64,000 bases of DNA from an uncultured Verrucomicrobiota bacterium (lineage in GTDB: Bacteria > Verrucomicrobiota > Kiritimatiellia > PWTM01). Shown here in pieces: positions 46,444 to 54,740 of this stretch. The notes beneath the pieces were generated by a model, which worked only from the letters and a program-made list of their open reading frames with translations, searched no databases and was not told the DNA's origin. The stretch covers positions 18,417 through 82,416 of the forward strand of contig CAZSUU010000003.1 in the NCBI GenBank assembly GCA_964610105.1, given 5' to 3'. The position numbers and the translations under genes were made by a program. The number at the start of each line of letters is the position of its first letter. Within the stretch, counting starts at the first letter, position 1.

Positions 46444-46476
46444 GTGCCTGATGCCCTAAGCGCAATGAGAAGTGTC
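46400..46476 (+). repeat. 77-bp imperfect direct repeat, copy 2 (overlaps the bioD start codon)
   Basis: cgcaactccgattgtgcctacgacaatgcctacttttctcgtaagtgcctgatgccctaagcgcaatgagaagtgtc; the bioD ATG at 46465 lies inside it. Confidence 0.6.
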
Positions 46477-47181
46477 TTCATCACCGGCACCGACACGGGG
46501 GTCGGCAAGACCGTCGTCGCGGCCGCCTTGCTCACCGCGGCGCGCTCCTCGGGGGTGGACGCCGTGCCCATGAAACCCGTGCAGACCGGATGCGTGCACC
46601 ATGGCCATCGGGTCCGCGCGCCGGACCTGGATTTCGCGCTTCGCATGTCGCGGTACAGGGCGATGCCGAGCGAAGAGGCCTTGATGTGCCCCTACCCCTT
46701 TGCCCCTGCCTGTTCTCCCCACCTGGCGGCCGCCATGGCCGGCATCCGGATCTCGACGGAGCGGATCCTCTACCGGTATGCGCGCCTCGCCGCGCGGCAC
46801 AAGGCGGTCGTGGTCGAGGGGGCCGGCGGCGTCATGGTTCCGCTGAACGAGCGCGAGCACATGCGCGATCTGATGCGGCGGCTCGCCCTGCCCGTCGTGC
46901 TGGTGGTCCGCCCCGGCCTGGGCACGCTGAATCACAGCCTCCTTTCCGTCGAGTCGATCCGCTCCGCCGGCCTGGAGCTGGTGGGTCTCGTCGTCGCGCA
47001 TACGGAGGCGGAGAGCGGAGATCCGCGGGTGGCCGCCGACAATCGGAGCACCCTGCGACGCCGGACCGGCGCGGAGATCCTGGCGGTCTTCCCGCGCGCC
47101 GCGACACCTCTTGACGATCCCGCCACCTTCCGACGCCAGTTCCGCAGGCCGGGGCGGGAGCTGCTGCGCCGTCTCGCATAG
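46465..47181 (+). CDS. bioD: Dethiobiotin synthetase
   Basis: MRSVFITGTDTGVGKTVVAAALL P-loop typical of BioD. The ORF track's GTG start at 46444 is an alternative. Confidence 0.85.
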   Translation: MRSVFITGTDTGVGKTVVAAALLTAARSSGVDAVPMKPVQTGCVHHGHRVRAPDLDFALRMSRYRAMPSEEALMCPYPFAPACSPHLAAAMAGIRISTERILYRYARLAARHKAVVVEGAGGVMVPLNEREHMRDLMRRLALPVVLVVRPGLGTLNHSLLSVESIRSAGLELVGLVVAHTEAESGDPRVAADNRSTLRRRTGAEILAVFPRAATPLDDPATFRRQFRRPGRELLRRLA

Positions 47182-47258
47182 GACGAGGTACGGCGGGGCG
47201 GCTGGGCGCCATGATATCGAATCTCTCGTGCCCATGTCGTACGGCCGTTCGCCCCGAT

Positions 47259-47325
47259 GGCGACCCGATTTCGACTGCGATCCTCAGTCCACAGCGAAGA
47301 CGCGGGCAGGATGGCCCGCGGCAGG
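47259..47325 (+). repeat. 3' hairpin element copy 3 (GCGGGC-AGGATG-GCCCGC with conserved 5' flank)
   Basis: ggcgacccg...cagtccaca.cgaagacgcgggcaggatggcccgcgg is colinear with copy 1; 78 nt downstream of the bioD stop, convergent with the ankyrin gene. Confidence 0.5.
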
Positions 47326-47405
47326 GAGTCCAGGAAAGCGGTGCCGCGCGCCATCCTGCGCGCGATCGGCAGGGCGAGCCGTCCCTGAAGAGCCGCCCCA
47401 GCGAT

Positions 47406-47978
47406 TCAGCGGTTGGTTCCCGACGGGGTGACCGCCCGACGGGCGAGGGCATCCCGCAGTTGCTTCTCGATGTCGGGACGGTTCATCCCCCGCACGAAAT
47501 CGAGCGGCGTATAGCCGGCCCTGTCGCGCGCGGTCGGATTCGCGCCCTGCCGAAGGAGGTAGTCGACCACCGTTCCGTAGCCGCGCCGCACGGCGTCGTG
47601 CAGAAGGGTGTTGCCTTCGTCGTCGACGATGTGATCGGGCTTCCACAGGCCCACCGACACCTGTTGCCGCACCTCCGCCAGGCGCTCCTCTTCCCGGCGC
47701 CTCGCCTCCTGCGCCGCGGCGAGGGCCGCGATGTTCTGCTGCACGACCGTCTCTTTCGCCGCCGCCGCCTCCTTGCCCATCGAGCTGGAGGGCGGGGCCA
47801 GTTTCCGGCGGAACCGATACGGGCTCGGTGTCGCCATCTTGCCCTTGGGCGCCGAAGTCGGTTTGAGCGCCGGCTGCGCGGCCGCCTTCTTGGCGTTCTC
47901 CTTGTCGGCGGCCTTCTTATCGGCGGCCGAGACGGCGCACGCCGCCGCCAGAAGCAGGATGACCCATCGCACACTCAT
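47406..47978 (-). CDS. Secreted ankyrin-repeat protein
   Basis: Signal peptide MSVRWVILLLAAACAVSA (ATG 47978); C-terminal ankyrin repeats GNTLLHDAVRRGYGTVVDYLLRQGANPTARDRAGYTPLDF. Confidence 0.7.
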   Translation of the reverse strand: MSVRWVILLLAAACAVSAADKKAADKENAKKAAAQPALKPTSAPKGKMATPSPYRFRRKLAPPSSSMGKEAAAAKETVVQQNIAALAAAQEARRREEERLAEVRQQVSVGLWKPDHIVDDEGNTLLHDAVRRGYGTVVDYLLRQGANPTARDRAGYTPLDFVRGMNRPDIEKQLRDALARRAVTPSGTNR

Positions 47979-47993
47979 GATCCACCGTCCCAC

Positions 47994-48162
47994 GGCGGCG
48001 AGCCGCAACCCCGCGGTCCTCGTCGCTCAGTGCGCCGACCGCGTTCGTTCCGTTCCTCCGTGCAACCGCGCCGCCTTCTGAGACTGTCCCGCCACCCTTT
48101 CCACGGAGAAACCTCACGGAAAACACGATGCGCATCTGCGTGCCATGTCTTCGCGGAACAAG
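47994..48162 (-). promoter_or_regulatory. Conserved ~170-nt upstream element, copy B (5' of the ankyrin gene)
   Basis: Colinear with 35970-36138. Its reading frame differs from the downstream gene, unlike copy A, which argues for a noncoding element. Confidence 0.55.
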
Positions 48163-48257
48163 GTAATGTACTCGTGGCGGGCGGTCTTGGCAACCGCCGC
48201 GCCCCCGCGAAGCGCAGGACGTCCGGCGATCCCGTCGTGAACGCGGAACCGCCCGCC

Positions 48258-50084
48258 TCAGGTCATCGCGCGACCGTGATACGCGCGGAAGGAGGTCGCG
48301 CCCTCGCGGCCGAGGAAGCGGGCTAGGATCCTGGGATCGAGGTCCAGCAGGTCGACCCAGATGAGCCCGTCGAGGACGTCGCTGAATTCGGGATCGACGT
48401 TGAAACCGAGCAGCTTCCCGCCGAGTTTGAGGTACTGCTTGAGCAGCACCGGGATCCCCTTGCGGTCGCGTTCGATCTCGCCGACCAGGTCCGACATGTC
48501 GTCCGTGGTCGTGATCGTCCGGCGGAAGATCTCCGGGTTCCACCGCTGACGCCGGACGCGGCCCGGCGGATGCCGCGGCTTGACGAACCTGGCCCAGTCC
48601 CGGCGGAAGTTGTTCGCGCGCATGAACTGCTCCATCATCTGGCGCGAGAGCGTGTTGTACTCGTTGTTGATGCTGACGGGGCCGAACAGGTGCCGGTAGC
48701 GCGGCTCCCGCACGACCATGCGCCCGATGCCCTTCCACAGCAGCAGGAGCGCCGAGTAGCTGCGCTGGTACTCCGGCCGCACGAACGACCGGCCGAGCTC
48801 GAGCGACGGTCCCATGTGGTCCAGGAGCGCCCGGCTGTACCGGAAGAGGGTGCTGGTGTACAGCCCCTTCTTGCCCTTGCGCGCCAGGATCTCGTCGCTG
48901 CGCCCGACCCGGTAGGCGCCCACCAGCTCACGCTTCGCCCGGTTCCAGAGGAGCAGATGATGGTAGTGGTGGTCGAAGCGGTCCAGGTCCGAGGCGCGGC
49001 CGGTGCCCTCGCCCGCCGCGCGAAAGGTCACCTCCCGAAGCCGTCCGATCTCGTGCAGCACATTGGGAATCTGGTCGGCCGCGGTGGCATAGACCACGAA
49101 ATCGTCGCTCTCGAGCAGCTGCGCCTCCGCGGGCAGCAGGGCGATGTCCTGCGCGATGGTGTCGGGATGCAGCGCGTCGGCGACGGGCGGCAACTCCGCG
49201 CGACGGGCCGGGCGCAGGGGCGGCGCCGGTACCCGGACGCCGTTCTGTCCGCGCCCCATGAGGATGTACGTGCGCAGGCGCAGGTACTCCATCATTTCGT
49301 CGTCCTGCTGAAGCTGCCGCAACCGCTCGAAGGGCACGACGCTGCCGATGTGGAAGCGCAGGGTGGTCCCCTGCTTGTTGATCAGCTCCCGGGGCAGCAT
49401 CGCGGTCCGCAGACGCGGGTGGATCAGCCCCATCAGCTGGAAGAGGGCGCCGTTGCGTCCTTCGACGAAGACCGGCTGGGCCGGCGCCTCGGTCATGCGG
49501 ATGATTCGCGCGATGGTGCCGCTCCACTTCGGGTCGGCCACGACGCCCTCGTGCAGCTTCAGGTGCGAGACCGTTCCCGAAGGAAACACCATCAGCATGT
49601 GCCCGTCCCGAATCCAGCGGATGCACTCCTTGATGGGCCGGACGTTGGAGGTCGGCGACCGCGGCAGGTCGAACGGATCCACGAAGAAACTGTGCGGCCC
49701 CAGTTCCGGCATGCGGCTGAGCAGGTAATTGGCCATCATCTTCACGTCCGGCCGGATTTCCTGCAGCAGGCGGAGCAGGACGATGCCCTCGATGCCGCCG
49801 AACGGGTGATTGGCCACCACCACCACGGGGCCCCCGCCGCAGATCCGCTGCCGGTCCTCCGGGCTCACGTCGTAGGAGATGCGCATGTGCTGCATCACCG
49901 CCGCCAGAAAGTCGCCGTTCCCGTCCGCGCCCCGGCTCGCGCACTGGTAGATGTGGTCGAGCTGGTCCAGCAGAAACAGGCGCTCGATCGAACCGCGCAT
50001 CAGGGAGAAGAGCTTCTGGCGGACGGGATCGCGGAAGCTCGCCCGCAGCTCGAAAACCGACCTGTTGTTTGCGTCAACGGCCAT
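48258..50084 (-). CDS. Bifunctional lysophospholipid O-acyltransferase / OlsB-like N-acyltransferase (OlsF-like, putative ornithine/aminolipid synthase)
   Basis: N-terminal LPLAT motifs (VVVANHPFGGIEG, VFPSGTVSH); C-terminal OlsB/hemolysin-like GNAT with DLDRFDHHYHHLLLWN. Confidence 0.65.
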   Translation of the reverse strand: MAVDANNRSVFELRASFRDPVRQKLFSLMRGSIERLFLLDQLDHIYQCASRGADGNGDFLAAVMQHMRISYDVSPEDRQRICGGGPVVVVANHPFGGIEGIVLLRLLQEIRPDVKMMANYLLSRMPELGPHSFFVDPFDLPRSPTSNVRPIKECIRWIRDGHMLMVFPSGTVSHLKLHEGVVADPKWSGTIARIIRMTEAPAQPVFVEGRNGALFQLMGLIHPRLRTAMLPRELINKQGTTLRFHIGSVVPFERLRQLQQDDEMMEYLRLRTYILMGRGQNGVRVPAPPLRPARRAELPPVADALHPDTIAQDIALLPAEAQLLESDDFVVYATAADQIPNVLHEIGRLREVTFRAAGEGTGRASDLDRFDHHYHHLLLWNRAKRELVGAYRVGRSDEILARKGKKGLYTSTLFRYSRALLDHMGPSLELGRSFVRPEYQRSYSALLLLWKGIGRMVVREPRYRHLFGPVSINNEYNTLSRQMMEQFMRANNFRRDWARFVKPRHPPGRVRRQRWNPEIFRRTITTTDDMSDLVGEIERDRKGIPVLLKQYLKLGGKLLGFNVDPEFSDVLDGLIWVDLLDLDPRILARFLGREGATSFRAYHGRAMT

Positions 50085-50204
50085 GGCACCCTCGCACGCC
50101 GCGCCGCATCATAGCCGGAACGGCGATGTTGTGCACGGTTTTGCGGCGGGAGGGACGGAGGTCAGGGCAGGCGGCGAGGCCGTCGCCGCTCGGTTCATCC
50201 GGGC

Positions 50205-50723
50205 TCACGTGGCCTGGTCGCCGCGGGCCATGACCACCTTGCCGGTCCGGACCAGCTCGATGATCTTGTACTTGCGGAGCAGGTCGATCAGGGCGTCGAG
50301 CTTCTCCGAGCTGCCCGTGGCGAGCACGATCATGGAGTTCTCGGTGAGGTCCACCGTCTTCGCGCCGAAGTGGTCGGCGATCTGCAGCGCCCCCGTGCGG
50401 TCGTCCGTTCCGGCGCCGATCTTGATGAGCGCGATCTCCTTCGCCACCGACTCGTCACCGGTATGCTCGACGCACCGCAGCACATCGACCAGCTTGTTCA
50501 GCTGCCGGATCACCTGATCCAGCCCCTCGGCGCTGCCCTTGGCGGTGATGGTCATGCGCGAGTAGTGACCGTCGACCGACGGCGACACGACCAGCGAGTC
50601 GATGTTGAACCCGCGGCGCGCGAACACCTGCGCGATGCGCGCCAGCACGCCCGGCTTGTTGGCGACATAGACGCTGAGGTTGTGCGTCGCGATGCTCGAT
50701 TCCTGCAAAATGGCGTTGTTCAT
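50205..50723 (-). CDS. ilvH: Acetolactate synthase small (regulatory) subunit
   Basis: 172 aa, ACT domain LSVYVANKPGVLARIAQVFARRGFNIDSL. Confidence 0.9.
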   Translation of the reverse strand: MNNAILQESSIATHNLSVYVANKPGVLARIAQVFARRGFNIDSLVVSPSVDGHYSRMTITAKGSAEGLDQVIRQLNKLVDVLRCVEHTGDESVAKEIALIKIGAGTDDRTGALQIADHFGAKTVDLTENSMIVLATGSSEKLDALIDLLRKYKIIELVRTGKVVMARGDQAT

Positions 50724-50736
50724 GGCGCTACCTCTC

Positions 50737-52464
50737 TCATGTCGAGCCGGTCGGCTTTTCCATTTTGTGGCGCGGCTTCTCGATGATCATGTCCTCGATC
50801 GCCCGGCCCGCGGGGATCATCGGGAACACGTTGTCGGTCTTCTCCACCTCGCAATTGACCACCGCGGGGCCGTCATGGTAGTCGAGGGCCTTCTGCAGCA
50901 CCCGTCGCACGTCGCCGGAGCGCCGGATATGGAAGCCCTTGACGCCCTGGAAGGCCTCGGCGAGCTTCGCGAAGTCGGGATTGCCCTCCAGATCCACGCC
51001 CGACTTGCGGTCGTCGTAGAACAGCTCCTGCCACTGGCGCACCATGCCGAGGTAATGGTTGTTGAGGATGATGACCTTGATCGGCAGCTTGTGCAGCGCC
51101 GCGGTCGCCAGCTCATAGCTGGTCATCTGGAATCCGCCGTCGCCGACGAACGCCACCACGAGGTCATCCGGCCGCCCGAACTTGGCGCCGATCGCCGCCG
51201 GCATGCCGTATCCCATGGTCCCCGCCCCGCCGGAGGTGAGGAAGCTGTTCGGACGGTCGCTGAGGTAGAACTGGGCCGCCCACATCTGGTGCTGGCCGAC
51301 ATCGGTCGTCACGAGCGCCTGGCCACCGGTCATCCGGTACAGCTCGCGGATGACGTGCTGCATCTTCAGCCCGCCCCGCCGGGCGCAGCGCAGGGGGTAT
51401 TTCCGTTTGTAGCCGTCCAGACGCGCCAGCCAGTCGTCCGTGTTCAGCCGCCCGACGTGCGGAAGCAGCTCCCGCAGCACCGTCTTGGCGTCGCCGACGC
51501 AGTAGTGGTGGCACCGGATCATCTTGCCCATCTCGGCCGGGTCGACATCGATGTGAATCCGCACCGCGTCCCTGCAGAACCGCGCCGGCTGCCCCACGAT
51601 CCGGTCGTCGAACCGGGAGCCGATGGACATGATCAGGTCGCACTCCACCACCGCCTTGTTCGCGTACGCCGTCCCGTGCATGCCCAGCCAGCCCAGCGAC
51701 AGCGGATGCGTCTCGGGGAATACCCCCTTGCCGAGGAGCGTGGTCGTCACCGGCGCCCGGAGCTTCTCGGCCAGGGCCCGCACCTCAGCCGACGCCCCCG
51801 CGATCATCGCGCCATGCCCGGCCAGGAGGACGGGCCGGCTGGCCTTGTTCAGCGCCTCGGCGATGCGGAGGATCGACTCCCTGTTCACGTTCGCCGGATC
51901 GAAGTTGTAGCCCGGCAGGTCCATCTCGGCGTGCAGGTCCGCCGTGCAGGGACCCGCCGACACGTCCTTGGGCACGTCGATCAGCACCGGCCCCGGCCGC
52001 CCGGTATTGCTGATGTGAAAGGCCTCCCGCACCACGCGCGGGATGTCGTTCGAGTCCTTCACCAGGTAGCTGTGCTTCACCACCGGCATCGTGATGCCGA
52101 AGATGTCCGCCTCCTGGAACGCGTCCTTGCCGATCATCGGCCGGATCGACTGACCGGTGATCACCACGATCGGCACGGAATCCATGTGCGCCGTCATGAT
52201 CCCCGTCAGCGTGTTCGTCGCCCCCGGCCCGCTCGTCACCACCACCACCCCCGGCTGGCCGGTCGCACGCGCATAACCGTCCGCCGCGTGCGTGGCGCCC
52301 TGCTCGTGACGCACCAGGATCAGCTTGATCTTGGTGCGGGTGGTCACCAGGGCGTCAAAAATGGGTATCGCCGCACCCCCGGAATACCCGAAGATGTACT
52401 CCACGCCCTCATTCTCCAGGCACCGTATCAGCGCCTGTCCGCCATCCATCGTCGCCTGAGCCAT
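50737..52464 (-). CDS. ilvB: Acetolactate synthase large subunit
   Basis: TPP enzyme. Start at MAQATMDGGQALIRCLENEGVEYIFGYSGG (ATG 52464), because the longer ORF overlaps the predicted promoter. Confidence 0.9.
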   Translation of the reverse strand: MAQATMDGGQALIRCLENEGVEYIFGYSGGAAIPIFDALVTTRTKIKLILVRHEQGATHAADGYARATGQPGVVVVTSGPGATNTLTGIMTAHMDSVPIVVITGQSIRPMIGKDAFQEADIFGITMPVVKHSYLVKDSNDIPRVVREAFHISNTGRPGPVLIDVPKDVSAGPCTADLHAEMDLPGYNFDPANVNRESILRIAEALNKASRPVLLAGHGAMIAGASAEVRALAEKLRAPVTTTLLGKGVFPETHPLSLGWLGMHGTAYANKAVVECDLIMSIGSRFDDRIVGQPARFCRDAVRIHIDVDPAEMGKMIRCHHYCVGDAKTVLRELLPHVGRLNTDDWLARLDGYKRKYPLRCARRGGLKMQHVIRELYRMTGGQALVTTDVGQHQMWAAQFYLSDRPNSFLTSGGAGTMGYGMPAAIGAKFGRPDDLVVAFVGDGGFQMTSYELATAALHKLPIKVIILNNHYLGMVRQWQELFYDDRKSGVDLEGNPDFAKLAEAFQGVKGFHIRRSGDVRRVLQKALDYHDGPAVVNCEVEKTDNVFPMIPAGRAIEDMIIEKPRHKMEKPTGST

Positions 52465-52486
52465 AGATCCCTCTGTTTTGAGGGCC

Positions 52487-52514
52487 AATTTAGCGCCAAC
52501 CAGGATTGTGTCAA
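52487..52514 (-). promoter_or_regulatory. Predicted sigma70 promoter of ilvBH (TTGACA-16-TAAATT) with AT-rich upstream region
   Basis: Minus strand reads tttttcaTTGACAcaatcctggttggcgcTAAATTggccctcaaaacagagggatctATG. Confidence 0.4.
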
Positions 52515-53032
52515 TGAAAAACAATGGATTATTTGTCCTGTTTCGACATGATATGAGATCGTGCATTCGATATCCGCATTTCTGCATGCCCATTTTGCCT
52601 CCATTCTTCATCCATGCCCTGTATTCCTCGTTCTGGAGGCTCGTTTTTGCAGGGGTTGACGATAGGGGCAAACGGACCGCGAGGCCGCGGCCCTCCTGCT
52701 GGCGGTTTGCGTGCTGGGAGGGATGCCCTTTCCGGTGTCCGCTCCTCCTCCATTCGGGTTCAGCGGCAGCATCATCTGCGTGGTTGCGTCCCGGACGAGG
52801 CGAGATGGAACCGGAAAAAGCGACCGGCGGGACTTCCGGAATTCACTGTCAGCGCAGTATCTGAGTCCCGCCGGCACTACAACCCTACATCGGCCTCGCG
52901 TCACCGTCAAGCGGCGGGGGACATCAAATATGCCCGCGATCCTTGCCGTGGATGGGCAAACTGAAAGCGCCCCCGGCGGAGGCGGGGGGGGGCGCGTTCT
53001 GTTCGAGTGGAATCGGGTCGCGGTTCGCCGCC

Positions 53033-53419
53033 TCAGCGGTTCTTCCCGAGCACCCTGCGGGGGGGGCGCGCGGCCCTGGTCACCTCGACCGCCACGCTCC
53101 GTGCGAAGCGCAGGGCCCCCGGTTTGTCGACGGTGACGGTGGCCCGGCGGACGCCGTGGTGGCGCAGGCACAGGGCCGCGACGTGATCGGCCATGGCCTC
53201 GATGAGGTTGTACCCGCTGGCCTCCACGTGTTCGATGATCTCGCGCTTGATGGCCTTGTAGTCGATGGTGTCCGCAATGTCATCCGTCCGCGCCGCCCGG
53301 CGGAAATCGCACTCCAGCGCGACATTCACGATCACGTCCTGCCGGGCGCGCCGCTCCTCGGGATAGACCCCGATCACGCAGCGCATCGCCAGGTCGCGGA
53401 TGTAGATGCGGTCGCTCAA
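53033..53419 (-). CDS. folB: Dihydroneopterin aldolase (TTG start overlapping the glgC TGA stop)
   Basis: (M)SDRIYIRDLAMRCVIGVYPEERRARQDVIVNVALECD matches the canonical FolB N-terminus; the start TTG lies within tTGa of the glgC stop. Confidence 0.7.
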   Translation of the reverse strand: MSDRIYIRDLAMRCVIGVYPEERRARQDVIVNVALECDFRRAARTDDIADTIDYKAIKREIIEHVEASGYNLIEAMADHVAALCLRHHGVRRATVTVDKPGALRFARSVAVEVTRAARPPRRVLGKNR

Positions 53420-54651
53420 ATCCGCGTCCCGGGTGGGATGACGGTGCCCTTGGGGATGACGATGACGCCGTCGCGGACGGTGAAGTGCGGCGTCACGGTG
53501 TCGCTGGCCTTCCCGTCCGGCGTGACGTAGGAGCCGTCGCCGATCCGGGCGTTCTTGTCGATGATCGCGTTCCGCACGAAGCAATCCCTTCCGATCCCGA
53601 GGGGGGGGACGCCGTTGGAGGGCTTCTCGAAATCGAAGTAGTCCGCCCCCATCACGACCGAGTGTTCGATCACCGTGCCCTCCCCCACGATGGCGCGGAT
53701 GCCGATGATCGAGTGCAGGATGCGGTGGCCGGTGATGATGCATCCCTCGCAGAGCAGGGTGCGGTTCAGATCGCAGCAGTTGATCTTCGAGGCCGGCAGG
53801 TACCGCATGTGCGTGAACACCGGCGCCCTCGGGTCGTAGAAGTTGAATTGCGGCCGGATCTCGGTCAGCTCGAGGTTGGCCTCCCAGAACGACCCGATGG
53901 TCCCGATGTCCTTCCAGTACCCGTCGAAGATGTAGCCGAAGACGTTGAACCGGTCGATGGACGTCGGGATGATGTGCTTTCCGAAATCCGGGTTTTCCGT
54001 CGTCTGCAGGAGTTCGGCCAGGACCCGCGTGTTGAACACGTAGATGCCCATGCTGGCCAGGAAGCGCTCCTCGGAGTACATCGGCGCCCGCAGGTCGTCG
54101 AGGGCCGGGGTCTGTCCGGGCTTCTCGACGAACCGGACGATGCGGTTCGAGCGGTCGACGTGCATGATGCCGAGCGCCCCCGCCTCGGCGCGGGCGACGG
54201 GCTTGGTGGCGATGGTGACATCGGCGTTGGTGAGCAGGTGCTGGTCGATCACCTTCTGGAAGTCCATGCGGTAGAGCTGGTCGCCGGAGAGGATGACGAT
54301 CAGGTCCGGGGCCTCGTCCATGAAGTACCGGAACGACTTGCGCACCGCGTCGGCGGTGCCCTCGTACCACCCCTCGGAATCCGGCGTCTGCTGGGCGGCC
54401 AGGATGCGCACGTATCCCCGGTGGAACGGATCGAACTGGTACGTGTTCTGCACGTGCTGGTGCAGGGAGACGCTGTTGAACTGCGTGAGGAGGTAGACGC
54501 GGCGGATGTGGCTGTTCAGGCAGTTGCTGATGGGGATGTCGACCAGCCGGTATTTGCCGGCCATCGGCACCGCCGGTTTGGCCCGGTCGCGGGTAAGCGG
54601 CTGCAGGCGGGTCCCCGCGCCTCCGCCCATGATGACCCCGATGACATTCAT
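53416..54651 (-). CDS. glgC: Glucose-1-phosphate adenylyltransferase
   Basis: 411 aa, GGxGxRL nucleotide-binding motif GGGAGTRLQPLT, C-terminal LbH domain. Confidence 0.9.
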   Translation of the reverse strand: MNVIGVIMGGGAGTRLQPLTRDRAKPAVPMAGKYRLVDIPISNCLNSHIRRVYLLTQFNSVSLHQHVQNTYQFDPFHRGYVRILAAQQTPDSEGWYEGTADAVRKSFRYFMDEAPDLIVILSGDQLYRMDFQKVIDQHLLTNADVTIATKPVARAEAGALGIMHVDRSNRIVRFVEKPGQTPALDDLRAPMYSEERFLASMGIYVFNTRVLAELLQTTENPDFGKHIIPTSIDRFNVFGYIFDGYWKDIGTIGSFWEANLELTEIRPQFNFYDPRAPVFTHMRYLPASKINCCDLNRTLLCEGCIITGHRILHSIIGIRAIVGEGTVIEHSVVMGADYFDFEKPSNGVPPLGIGRDCFVRNAIIDKNARIGDGSYVTPDGKASDTVTPHFTVRDGVIVIPKGTVIPPGTRI

Positions 54652-54740
54652 GATCGTGCCCCCCGCGAAAGAAGTGGTGGCAGGGCAAGACTAGGTTTGA
54701 TACACCGATGGCGTCAAACGGAAAAGGAAGGAGCGGGACG

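Noticed and set aside
45653-46476. Integron-like gene cassette with attC sites
   Set aside because: The 77-bp repeats are direct repeats with internal direct (not inverted) sub-repeats. They lack the R''/L''/L'/R' imperfect palindrome and the GTTRRRY core of attC sites, and no integrase is nearby.
52465-52680. Ile/Leu/Val-rich in-frame stretch (LFFIDTILVGAKLAL) upstream of ilvB as a possible attenuator leader peptide
   Set aside because: It is in frame and contiguous with ilvB rather than a separate short ORF, and it overlaps the predicted -35/-10. No terminator or antiterminator hairpins are evident. More likely coincidental.
52608-53171. 187-aa minus-strand ORF upstream of ilvB
   Set aside because: Pro/Arg/Gly low-complexity translation in the ilvB-folB intergenic region; no start context; probably noncoding promoter/leader DNA.
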